Shown: positions 19,603-28,252 of the stretch, in pieces
Layout of the letters: the number at the start of each line of letters is the position of its first letter
Position numbering within the stretch: the stretch's first letter is position 1
Assembly (NCBI GenBank): GCA_964589485.1
Contig: CAZPRK010000006.1
Span: forward strand, 1-64,000
Source: an uncultured Methanosarcinales archaeon
GTDB lineage: Archaea > Nanobdellota > Nanobdellia > Woesearchaeales > CAYSVS01
Length of the DNA: 64,000 nucleotides
Direction: 5' to 3'
Position numbers and translations under genes: made by a program
The notes under the pieces: model-generated
The model's input: the letters and a program-made list of their open reading frames with translations, nothing else
Databases searched by the model: none
Told to the model about the DNA's origin: nothing

Positions 19603-19728
19603 ATGATTGATTATAAAATTATAAAGTATTGTAGGTTCTGCAAAACACGTTTTGTTGTGAGAAAGGGAGAGAATTCTAAGTATTATTGTAACGAGTGTCA
19701 ATCTAAGCTTGACAAAGAGAATAACTAG
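19603..19728 (+). CDS. 41-aa zinc-finger protein CxxC-x15-CxxC (not in ORF track)
   Basis: Hand translation MIDYKIIKYCRFCKTRFVVRKGENSKYYCNECQSKLDKENN; TTTAAAAA upstream; stop directly before the csp RBS. Confidence 0.7.
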   Translation: MIDYKIIKYCRFCKTRFVVRKGENSKYYCNECQSKLDKENN

Positions 19729-19743
19729 AAGGAGGTAGATAAC

Positions 19744-19938
19744 ATGAAAGGTACTGTTAAATTTTTCAACAACGGAAAAGGATTTGGCTTCATATCTGGT
19801 GAAGATGGTAACGAATATTTCGTACATCAAACAGGTATTAATGAAGGAGTTCAATTAAATGAAAACGATTCTGTTGAATTTGAAGTAGAGCAAGGCGATA
19901 GAGGTCCAAAAGCTGTAAACGTAAGTAAAGAAGAATAG
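19744..19938 (+). CDS. cspA: Cold-shock domain protein
   Basis: GTVKFFN, KGFGFI (RNP1), YFVH (RNP2), GPKAVNV; GGAGGT RBS. Confidence 0.95.
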   Translation: MKGTVKFFNNGKGFGFISGEDGNEYFVHQTGINEGVQLNENDSVEFEVEQGDRGPKAVNVSKEE

Positions 19939-19942
19939 ATTT

Positions 19943-22258
19943 TTATCTTTTTTTACCCGAAATATAGATTTCCTCTTTAAGAAAACTTTTTTTCTTAGTA
20001 TATTCTACAGAAAATTTTTCTTTTTCAAATATTCTTTTTATTTCTTCTTTATTTTCAACAATTAATGCATTTGGTGTCATGTTTATGAATGAATGTTTAA
20101 TATAAAAACAATATCTACTGTTCTTTCGCATAACTTTTCGTAAATGATTAAGAAATTTAGGTATATCTGGAATATAACCTAATGAGTTTGATGAGAAAAA
20201 GTAATCTACATTTTTTATTTTATCTGGAATTTTCCATGATTTTCTATATTGGATATTTATTTTGTTTTCAAAACCTTTTGGAATATTTTTCTTAAACACT
20301 TTTATTTCTTCTTTAGCTTTATCTATTGCAAATATTTTTTTGAAATTGATTTTATTTTTAATTAATCTTTTTGTGAAGGCTCCTGTGCCACAGTCATAGT
20401 CTATAATGGTTGAGTTTCTTTTTAATTTTAGTAATTTAATAATACGATTAAAAATAGGTTTAGTGAAAGGGACTAAATGGTAGTGATGTGAAAATTTTGC
20501 CATAATATTTTTTCTAATTTCAACATATTTATTGTCATAGAACAGTTCTATTGCGAAATATGCAGGAATTCCGAAAGCTACCAACCCTGTAGATATTCTT
20601 AATATATCTAATGCACTATGTGTTTCTTTAATAAACATGTAAAGTAAAAATATCATAAAACCAATTGTAATTATTGGGCCTATTTTACCAAAAACAACTC
20701 TATAAGGTCTTTTTACTTCGGGTTGCTTAAACCTTAAAATAACTAAACTTAATAATACTGCAGAATAAACAATTAAAATTAAAGGAATTAGCATATGTAA
20801 AAGAGTTTCATAAGAGCCTGCTCCAACTATAACTAAGGCAGAAACTACGATTGCTTGGAATGCTATGGATATATAAGGACTCTTGTGTTTAGGATGGATC
20901 TTAGCGAATTGTGTAAAAAATAATTTATCTTCTGCAATTGACATTAATAGTCTAGGGGCAGTAACAATCCATCCAGCTGTTGCTCCTATTACTGAAATAA
21001 AAATTAATATACTAAATATTATTCCGCCAACTGCACCAAAATGTATTGCACCTAAATCTTTAAGTGGAGCTACTGAGTTTGCGAATTCACTCCAAGGAAT
21101 TGTTCCCATTGCAGTAAAGGCTAGTAAAAAGGATAAAATAGCTATAACTATTGTACCATATATTAATGCCTTAGGCATAATTTTAGTTGGGTTTTTTGTT
21201 TCAGCTGATAAAAAAATTGCACTTTCCCATCCAAAAAATGTTTCTGCAATAAAAAATATTGCCAATAGAACACTAGCTGTAGGAAAAACAAAAAATGGAT
21301 CGAAATTACTTGGATCAATATTAATTAGACCTGGAACTATAATAGCTATAACGGCTGTTAAAGTAATTAAAGCAAAGCTTACTAACATTACTGTTGATGT
21401 TTGCATTCCATTAAATGCAACGTAACTAAATAATAATATTAGGAATATTGCAATAGGAACATATGTATAAGAATATTTTATTGGAATTAAATATTGTAAA
21501 GCTCCAAGAAGTAGCATGGCAATTGTAACACTTCCTGCAATAGAGGTTGTCCAACCTATAACAAAAGACCAAAACCGTCCATATGCTTGTTTAGCGAATT
21601 CATATACTCCTCCAGCTTTTGGAAACATTGCGGTTAATTCTGCGAAACACATTGCTATATAAACTGAAATTAAAGATAGAATTCCCCATGAAATTAATGA
21701 AGCTGGACCTGCATGTTTTGCTCCAGCTGAAGTAAGAAACCAAATTCCAGTACCCATAATTGAGTTAATAGTTATTAATAAAATTACTTTAAAACTTAAT
21801 GTTTTATTCATTTCCTTCTCGTGAGGTTGAACTTTTCTTATTTTTGTTTCTTTAATGTGTTTTCTGAACCTAATAAATCTGGGAGCTCTTGTTCCAAACC
21901 TAAGTAATCTTAAAAATCTAGAATATCTAGCTAACCTTGCAATTCTTGTTAAAATTTTTATTCCTCTGAATGCTCTTATTAATGTTAACCCTTCAATGCC
22001 TAAAAATATTAAATTAAAAGGAATAGTGGCTATTATGTCTAGAAAATGTTTTTTTAAATAAGGAATTAATTGAGGTGTTTCAAACCATCTGTAATATAAG
22101 TCTATTGCGAATATAATAATAACATAAATATCGAAAACGTCAATAAAAAAAGACATTGCTTTTCCGACGCCATAAAAAAGTTCAATGATTGTAACAACCA
22201 AAAGTAAAACTAAAGATGGTGGAATTAATAATTGTATTAACTTATCTAACTTTTTCAT
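19943..22258 (-). CDS. Fusion: voltage-sensor domain + APC amino-acid permease + methyltransferase-fold domain
   Basis: aa1-132 S1-S4 with periodic Arg; aa~153-575 APC motifs (MGTGIW, FAEL..FPKAGG.Y, FFGWE..AETKNP); aa~600-771 IIDYDCGTG. Confidence 0.88.
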   Translation of the reverse strand: MKKLDKLIQLLIPPSLVLLLVVTIIELFYGVGKAMSFFIDVFDIYVIIIFAIDLYYRWFETPQLIPYLKKHFLDIIATIPFNLIFLGIEGLTLIRAFRGIKILTRIARLARYSRFLRLLRFGTRAPRFIRFRKHIKETKIRKVQPHEKEMNKTLSFKVILLITINSIMGTGIWFLTSAGAKHAGPASLISWGILSLISVYIAMCFAELTAMFPKAGGVYEFAKQAYGRFWSFVIGWTTSIAGSVTIAMLLLGALQYLIPIKYSYTYVPIAIFLILLFSYVAFNGMQTSTVMLVSFALITLTAVIAIIVPGLINIDPSNFDPFFVFPTASVLLAIFFIAETFFGWESAIFLSAETKNPTKIMPKALIYGTIVIAILSFLLAFTAMGTIPWSEFANSVAPLKDLGAIHFGAVGGIIFSILIFISVIGATAGWIVTAPRLLMSIAEDKLFFTQFAKIHPKHKSPYISIAFQAIVVSALVIVGAGSYETLLHMLIPLILIVYSAVLLSLVILRFKQPEVKRPYRVVFGKIGPIITIGFMIFLLYMFIKETHSALDILRISTGLVAFGIPAYFAIELFYDNKYVEIRKNIMAKFSHHYHLVPFTKPIFNRIIKLLKLKRNSTIIDYDCGTGAFTKRLIKNKINFKKIFAIDKAKEEIKVFKKNIPKGFENKINIQYRKSWKIPDKIKNVDYFFSSNSLGYIPDIPKFLNHLRKVMRKNSRYCFYIKHSFINMTPNALIVENKEEIKRIFEKEKFSVEYTKKKSFLKEEIYISGKKR

Positions 22259-22355
22259 GAATATACCTCTTTTTTTAATAATTGTGTAAAGTATATTATT
22301 TAAACTTTATGATTCTCGCATAAGTTTTATATAATTTAATAACTTATTATATTGT

Positions 22356-22754
22356 ATGAATGCAAAAGCAAAGTTAGATTCTATGACTCCAGAGGAAATT
22401 GAAACGTTTACAAAAGAAAATTGTGTTTTTTGTAAAATTGTAGATAATAAAATTAGTTCTAATGTCATCTATAAAGATGATGATTTTTTAGCGATTTTAG
22501 ATATAAAGCCGGCAACAAATGGACATGTTCTTTTATTTCCAAGGAAACATATTACTATAACTCCTCAATTACCTGATGAAGTTTTTGCTCAAATGCTTAT
22601 TGTTGCTAAAAAAATTTCAAATGCTATATTAAAAGGAATGAAAGCTCAAGGAACAAGTTTATTTGTAGCTAATGGGATATCTGCTGGTCAAAAATGTCAA
22701 CATGTTTTGTTACATATTATTCCTAGATATAAAAATGATGAGTTGGGATTATGA
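22356..22754 (+). CDS. HIT-family protein with degenerate triad
   Basis: CVFCKI, LDIKP..GHVL.FPRKH, HVLLHIIPR. Confidence 0.88.
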   Translation: MNAKAKLDSMTPEEIETFTKENCVFCKIVDNKISSNVIYKDDDFLAILDIKPATNGHVLLFPRKHITITPQLPDEVFAQMLIVAKKISNAILKGMKAQGTSLFVANGISAGQKCQHVLLHIIPRYKNDELGL

Positions 22755-23197
22755 GAATTTGTAAATACTGTGAAGAAAAAGAAGTTTTATATGAAGATAA
22801 TGTTATTAAAGTTATTAAAAAAAAAGATAGATCTATTGTAATTCCAAAAAAACATTATACTATATTTGAACAAGTTCCTGATGAAGTATTTGTGAAATTA
22901 ACTCAAGTTGTTAATAAACTTGTTAAAGAAATGTTTTCTGAATATAGTGGGAATAATATTATTATTAATAATGGATTAGGGCAAGATGTTGCACATTTTT
23001 GCATAGAAATAATACCTCGTAAAGAGAATGATGGAAAAAATTTAACTTGGGTAGGAAAAGAACTACAACTTGAAGAAATGAAAATTGCTCAAATTTCAAT
23101 TAAAGAAAATTTAAAAAATCCTCAATTGGAATTTTCTCGTGGACTTACTGAGTCAAAAGAAAATTATATGCATACTAATTTGGATAGAATGCCTTAA
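22751..23197 (+). CDS. Second, more degenerate HIT-like protein
   Basis: CKYC, VIPKKH, HFCIEIIPR; ATGA overlap with the first. Confidence 0.75.
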   Translation: MRICKYCEEKEVLYEDNVIKVIKKKDRSIVIPKKHYTIFEQVPDEVFVKLTQVVNKLVKEMFSEYSGNNIIINNGLGQDVAHFCIEIIPRKENDGKNLTWVGKELQLEEMKIAQISIKENLKNPQLEFSRGLTESKENYMHTNLDRMP

Positions 23198-23236
23198 TGA
23201 AGTATATGTAGCATATAGCTTAATTATAAATAAATA

Positions 23237-23611
23237 TTGTATTTTGTTTTTTCTATGGAGAGGCTAGATATTGATAAGTTAGTAAGTATGAGAAGTTGGA
23301 TAGATGAAAATTTCCCGAAATTCTATGGACCATATGAAAAAGAGTTTATTAAAAAAGCTGAATCTTTGGACTTAAATCCTTATACATTAAAGGCTGTTAA
23401 AAGAGAATTTGAACTTAGATTTAATGTAAATAAATTAGAATGGCAATTGTTACATATTTTGTTACATTTTTCAGCAATGAGGCAAGGTGGAATTAATAAT
23501 AGGTATAAAGACAACAAAAAAGTTGATGTAGATATTCAAGGAGTGGATGAAAAGGATAGAAAGTTTGTTGAAAGGATGGCATTATTAATGTGGGATGTTA
23601 TTGAAAATTAA
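23237..23611 (+). CDS. Hypothetical protein (start may be ATG of MERLDI)
   Basis: ORF with host-like codon usage; no motif recognised. Confidence 0.55.
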   Translation: MYFVFSMERLDIDKLVSMRSWIDENFPKFYGPYEKEFIKKAESLDLNPYTLKAVKREFELRFNVNKLEWQLLHILLHFSAMRQGGINNRYKDNKKVDVDIQGVDEKDRKFVERMALLMWDVIEN

Positions 23612-23868
23612 TATAAATCTACTCTTATTCCAATATAAGATCCACGTTTTCTTTTTTTAGTATCTAATTTAAGAAACATAGAAGTATTACCTTGTAAAAT
23701 TTTTTTATCTTGGTATAATAATGATTTACTTTTGATACTAAATTTTGTGTCTTTATAAGTTGGTTCTATATTAGTACTTATATTGTAAGGAGATGTACTT
23801 ATAACTCCAGTTAAGATAGTTGTATTAATAATTGAGAAGCTTTTTAATACTATTTCTGTAAGAGGCAT
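23608..23868 (-). CDS. Hypothetical protein
   Basis: ORF with TATA-like element upstream; no motif recognised. Confidence 0.45.
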   Translation of the reverse strand: MPLTEIVLKSFSIINTTILTGVISTSPYNISTNIEPTYKDTKFSIKSKSLLYQDKKILQGNTSMFLKLDTKKRKRGSYIGIRVDLY

Positions 23869-23898
23869 AATCGTTTTATGTACTGAGTATATATAAAT

Positions 23899-24297
23899 CT
23901 ATTCTTCTTTTACTTCAGCCATTGTTTCGCTTCTATGAATTTTAGCAAAACTAGGTGTAACAACAATCCAGTCATCTCCAAATCCTGCGATATCTCCTTC
24001 AACAGCATCTGTAGTTTTCTTTAATTTGTTGATTGCTCTTTTTAATTCAACTAGATCTTTATCTTTAAGAGGTCTAATGTTAATTAATGCAATTGTGGTA
24101 CCTTCTCTTAATATATCTAGAATTTCTTTAATGTCTTCAAAATCTTCTAAATTAAAAGGTCTTACGACGATTTTAGAGCTAGAATCTTTAGCAACAGTAT
24201 GCTCGAGTTCAACGTATTCGTCTCCTTCTGGCATTTCATGCTCTTCTTTATTATTCATATTTGCGAACTTTTCTTTGAGTTGTGAAAAAAATTCCAT
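23899..24297 (-). CDS. sepF: Cell division protein SepF
   Basis: ILDILREG.IALINI, LKRAINKLK, GDIAG, IVVTP. Confidence 0.88.
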   Translation of the reverse strand: MEFFSQLKEKFANMNNKEEHEMPEGDEYVELEHTVAKDSSSKIVVRPFNLEDFEDIKEILDILREGTTIALINIRPLKDKDLVELKRAINKLKKTTDAVEGDIAGFGDDWIVVTPSFAKIHRSETMAEVKEE

Positions 24298-24471
24298 GTT
24301 ATTACCCCTCCACTGAAATTAGTTTTTTGGTTTGACCATAGGTATTTAAACTTTTTGGTTTTCTATTTTTTATGTTCTAAAGGGTAATATTTAAAAAGAT
24401 ATGCAAGCAAAAGCTTTTTATATAGGTGAAAAATAACTAAGATAGTTTATATAGTTAGTGAGGTATTTTAA

Positions 24472-24762
24472 ATGGTTCAAAGAATAGGTAGCTCTAGAAG
24501 AAAAACAAGGAATAAATTCAAGAAAGGAGTTAGAGAAAAAGGAAAAATTAGCATTACTAGGTATTTTCAAAAGTTAGAAAGTGGGGATAAAGTTATTTTA
24601 AATGCTGAGCCAGCGGTTCAACGAGGATTATATCATCCAAGATTTCATGGAAAAATGGTTACTGTTAAAGGTCTTAAAGGAAGATCTTATGTAGTTGAAT
24701 TAAAAGATAGAACTGTAGTAAAAGAATTAATTGTACATCCTGTACATTTGAAGAGGGTATAA
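24472..24762 (+). CDS. rpl21e: 50S ribosomal protein L21e
   Basis: RRKTR, HPRFHGK, LIVHPVHLK. Confidence 0.96.
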   Translation: MVQRIGSSRRKTRNKFKKGVREKGKISITRYFQKLESGDKVILNAEPAVQRGLYHPRFHGKMVTVKGLKGRSYVVELKDRTVVKELIVHPVHLKRV

Positions 24763-24764
24763 CA

Positions 24765-25097
24765 ATGGTAAAACCAGTATTAGTATCAGAAACACCTATT
24801 ACTATGTCTGATTTAAGGCAAGAATTAGGTAAAATTAAAGAACGTGACGGTGAATTAAATTTCAGAGCAAATAAAACTGAAGATTATTTGAATCAGTTTA
24901 GTGATTTTCAAAAAGGTCAAGAAGAAGTTGCAAAGAAAATTGAAGGTTTAGATATTTCAAGATTAAAGCCGGAACAAATTGCAAAGATTGTTGATCTTGC
25001 ACCAAAAACAATTGAAGAATTAAAAGTTATTTTACAGGGTTATGTATTAACTTTAACTCAAGATCAGTTGAAAAAAATAATTGAAGAAATAAATTAA
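24765..25097 (+). CDS. rpo4: RNA polymerase subunit Rpo4 (F)
   Basis: KIVDLAPKTIEELKVIL; conserved position after rpl21e. Confidence 0.88.
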   Translation: MVKPVLVSETPITMSDLRQELGKIKERDGELNFRANKTEDYLNQFSDFQKGQEEVAKKIEGLDISRLKPEQIAKIVDLAPKTIEELKVILQGYVLTLTQDQLKKIIEEIN

Positions 25098-25099
25098 GA

Positions 25100-25660
25100 A
25101 TGGAACTAAGGAGCACTAAAGAAGAAAATGCAATTGTATTGGATTTTTTACCAAATGGATACCCTTTTGATAATAAACCAATACATAAAAAGACTTCAAT
25201 AGCGCAAGCTTTAGGTAAAGAACATTTTGTATTACTTGAATTGGTTCCAAAAAAAGAAGTTTTTCTTCAGCCATATGAAGAAGTTTATATTGGTGAAGGA
25301 AAAAGAGATAAAATTCATCATATTTCTGGAAAACTTCCTATAGAAAGGTTAACTCAAACAGCTAGAGCTGAGTTAGAATTTGTAATTAAAGACATTGTTA
25401 ATAAACACGAAAAAGACTTTGTTAATTTTTTTAATAAAGCACTTCCTCTAACAACTAGAATGCATCAATTAGAATTATTGCCGGGTTTAGGAAAAAGGCA
25501 TATGTGGGATATACTCGAAGAAAGAAAAGAAAAAGATTTTGAAGATTTTGCAGATCTTAAGAAAAGAGTAAAATTAATGCCAGACCCAGAAAAAGCAATA
25601 GTTAAAAGAATACTTGCAGAAGTTTCTGGAACAGAGAAACATAAGTTGTTTTGTGAATAA
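25100..25660 (+). CDS. DUF655 putative RNA-binding protein
   Basis: VLDFLPNG, LLELVP, RMHQLELLPGLGK; conserved synteny with rpo4. Confidence 0.9.
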   Translation: MELRSTKEENAIVLDFLPNGYPFDNKPIHKKTSIAQALGKEHFVLLELVPKKEVFLQPYEEVYIGEGKRDKIHHISGKLPIERLTQTARAELEFVIKDIVNKHEKDFVNFFNKALPLTTRMHQLELLPGLGKRHMWDILEERKEKDFEDFADLKKRVKLMPDPEKAIVKRILAEVSGTEKHKLFCE

Positions 25661-25836
25661 TGAAGAAGTGTATAATTTGTGATGAGGAAGCAGAATATTC
25701 TATTAAAGATAGTAGTGAATACTATTGTAAAGAATGTGGAATAGAAAGTTTTAGTGACTTAAGTTACTTACAAAAAATAGAGGAAAATGCTTTGAAATTA
25801 AAGGAGTATATTAAAGAAAAATTAAAAGATGAATGA
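25660..25836 (+). CDS. 58-aa zinc-finger protein (not in ORF track)
   Basis: Hand translation MKKCIICDEEAEYSIKDSSEYYCKECGIESFSDLSYLQKIEENALKLKEYIKEKLKDE; overlaps both neighbours and fills the gap exactly. Confidence 0.78.
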   Translation: MKKCIICDEEAEYSIKDSSEYYCKECGIESFSDLSYLQKIEENALKLKEYIKEKLKDE

Positions 25837-26350
25837 AAAACATGAGTTACTTAAAGCTTGGATTGCTGTAACCTTAGCATTTACTATTGTTTTTCGTGGT
25901 GGATTCTTATTGGCTTTATTTACTGCAGGTTTAGGTTTTTTATTGCATGAACTTGCACATAAATATATGGCTCAAAAGTTTGGTGCTATTGCCGCTTTTC
26001 GTGCTAATAACCAAATGTTACTTTTAGGGATATTATTTGCATTTTTTGGATTTATTTTTTTAGCTCCTGGTGCTGTGTATATTACAGGTCATTTGAGTCG
26101 TAAAGAAAATGGAATTGTAAGTTTAGTTGGGCCTTTTACTAATTTGTTATTAGCTTTAATGTTTATTATATTGAATATGTTATTTTCCTCTGTATTGTTT
26201 CAATATGGTGCAATAATTAATTCATATTTAGGTTTGTTTAATTTGTTACCATTTTCTTACTTTGATGGATATAAAGTATATAATTGGAATAAAGTAATTT
26301 ATTTTAGTTCATTAATTTTGTCAGGGATATTGTTACTTATTTCACTGTAA
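25829..26350 (+). CDS. M50/site-2-protease-family membrane metalloprotease
   Basis: HELAH, GPFTN, NLLPFSYFDG. Confidence 0.9.
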   Translation: MNEKHELLKAWIAVTLAFTIVFRGGFLLALFTAGLGFLLHELAHKYMAQKFGAIAAFRANNQMLLLGILFAFFGFIFLAPGAVYITGHLSRKENGIVSLVGPFTNLLLALMFIILNMLFSSVLFQYGAIINSYLGLFNLLPFSYFDGYKVYNWNKVIYFSSLILSGILLLISL

Positions 26351-26807
26351 GAAATAAATCTTCTTTGTATTCGTTTGCGAATAATTGAAAATTGTAATTT
26401 TGTTTTATTGCATTTGGAGGAACGTTTAGTTCTGAGATTATAAATGAAATTTCATCTGGTTTTAAGGTTCTTTTTTTATTATATTTAAACCAATCTTTTC
26501 CTTTGATTGATATGTTGAAATTAGTTTCTTCATTGTTTATATTTTTTATACCTATAATTATTCTTTTTATTTCTCCTTGCTTAGCTGTTATAAGTTTAGG
26601 TGAAGCTGTTATTGCAATATTTTTAGATTCAAACTCTAGTATTATTTTTTCTTTAGTTTCTTCAAATAATCTGTTTTTGATTTCATCATTAATTATTTCA
26701 GATGTTTGTGAAAATTCGTTTTGTATGAAAAATAATAAAAATCCTAAAACCGAAATTGCTATTATAACTGCTACTATATGTTCTATTGATAGATTAGCTT
26801 TTTTCAT
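26337..26807 (-). CDS. Pilin-like protein with class III-type signal peptide
   Basis: MKKA-NLSIE followed by a hydrophobic helix and a beta-rich Ig-like domain. Confidence 0.65.
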   Translation of the reverse strand: MKKANLSIEHIVAVIIAISVLGFLLFFIQNEFSQTSEIINDEIKNRLFEETKEKIILEFESKNIAITASPKLITAKQGEIKRIIIGIKNINNEETNFNISIKGKDWFKYNKKRTLKPDEISFIISELNVPPNAIKQNYNFQLFANEYKEDLFLTVK

Positions 26808-27423
26808 GGTACTGTAATGTATATTTTTTTAGTGGAACCGTATTGGTTGTAGCTACTGAATTTGAATTTGGGGTCGTTTNNNNNNNNNNNNNNNNNNNNN
26901 NNNNNNNNNNNNNNNNNNNNNNNNNNNNNNNNNNNNNNNNNNNNNNNNNNNNNNNNNNNNNNNNNNNNNNNNNNNNNNNATAACATACAACCGCATTAAC
27001 AATATATGTTCCTGGGTCTACTCCCTTAACTCTAACTGTTATACTTTCAGAATGTTTTTCATTGTTTTTTAAGTCTATAATTCTTACAAATTTAGGGAGG
27101 ATTTGTAAATTTTCACTTCCATCGCTCATTTCTGAATAAAAAATAAACTTATCTTTATTTTCAAGTGTATTTAATATTCCTAAACCAAAAGCTTTAGTGT
27201 CGCCATTATTCATTTTTGCAGTATTTAATGGAATAGCTACTCTTTGTCCAGAAGATAATAAAGATTCAATTTCTCTTTTAGTGTTTTTATCTACTTCGCC
27301 TTTAAATTCGTTAGCTTCAGAAAACATATTTTTGGCCAAAGAAAGACCAAAAACAAGAACTATCACACAAAAAATTAAAATAACAATAAAATTAATGGAT
27401 AGTTCTAATCCTTTTTTGTTCAT
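26804..27423 (-). CDS. Pilin-like protein spanning an assembly gap
   Basis: MNKKG-LELSINFIV; true C-terminus is probably ...QYGSTKKIYITVP (stop 26804, ATGA overlap with next gene) because the 100-N gap length is arbitrary. Confidence 0.7.
26880..26979. other. Assembly gap (100 N)
   Basis: Run of N. Confidence 1.
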
Positions 27424-27424
27424 T

Positions 27425-27637
27425 CTACTTCACTATTTCGTATTCTCTAACTATTAATATCATGAATAGTAGTAATAGAACTGCTCCAGTTATAACGTAA
27501 TAGATTCCGTCTGCAACAGATGCTGATATCATCTTAAACAAACCAAATGCCATTACACCAAAACCTAACCAAAGGAATTTGTCTAGTACTAATAACATAA
27601 TTTGAAATTCTTCACTTTCTTTTAATCTTTTTGCCAT
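27425..27637 (-). CDS. Small two-TM membrane protein within the pilin-like cluster
   Basis: Hydrophobic; AGGTGA RBS; tightly packed with neighbours. Confidence 0.75.
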   Translation of the reverse strand: MAKRLKESEEFQIMLLVLDKFLWLGFGVMAFGLFKMISASVADGIYYVITGAVLLLLFMILIVREYEIVK

Positions 27638-27645
27638 TTTATCAC

Positions 27646-28251
27646 CTATTTAACATTAATATTAAAGTATTTAATTGCGTAAACACTTGTTCCATCATGA
27701 CTTGTTGCCATAGCGCAACTAAATGTTGATAATTCTGCTGATGATGTTGCTTGTACATTTAATTTTAATACAGCAATATCTCCTGCTTCTAAAAATCTTT
27801 CTTTAACTGTATTGAATTTAATTTGAGGACTGTTTGTTGCATCTCCCATTATTTTACCTGAATTATGTCCTTCAAAGTTAGTAAAACATATAACTCCTGC
27901 TCCTGTGGCTTGACCACCTGCACCTACAAATGAATTTATATCTGTGACTATATCAGTTGTTATTGTAAAAGTTTTTTCATTTCCTTCATCATTTTTTAAT
28001 CCAAAGAAGACATCTTTTGAACCTCCTCTTTTTAAATCAATCTCAATATTGTTGAATGTTAACCTTTCATCGCTAGATTCAAGTTCATCAACAATTCTAT
28101 TTTTCATTTCACCTGCAACATTTTCGAATTCACCAACTGCTTGCCCAAACATAGTTTTCATAAAACCTAGACCTAGTCCAAGCATAGTGATTGCTAATAT
28201 TAAAACAACAATTGCGTTAATGGATAAATTTAAACTTGCTTTTTTAGTCAT
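27646..28251 (-). CDS. Pilin-like protein
   Basis: MTKKA-SLNLSINAIVVLILAITMLGLGLGF; Cys pair in the beta domain. Confidence 0.75.
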   Translation of the reverse strand: MTKKASLNLSINAIVVLILAITMLGLGLGFMKTMFGQAVGEFENVAGEMKNRIVDELESSDERLTFNNIEIDLKRGGSKDVFFGLKNDEGNEKTFTITTDIVTDINSFVGAGGQATGAGVICFTNFEGHNSGKIMGDATNSPQIKFNTVKERFLEAGDIAVLKLNVQATSSAELSTFSCAMATSHDGTSVYAIKYFNINVK

Positions 28252-28252
28252 T

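Noticed and set aside
19588..19854. Minus-strand 88-aa ORF
   Set aside because: Antisense to the csp gene and the zinc-finger micro-gene
20883..21425. 180-aa plus-strand ORF and similar antisense ORFs elsewhere (e.g. 2085-2477, 27944-28405, 48801-49142, 54063-54410)
   Set aside because: Fully nested opposite well-supported genes, with no motifs of their own
21863..22258. Potassium channel or Hv1 proton channel
   Set aside because: No pore helix or selectivity filter follows S4, and the Hv1 RxWRxxR signature is absent
26794..26986. Frameshifted pseudogene or separate 60-aa ORF
   Set aside because: The frame change is an artefact of the fixed 100-N gap
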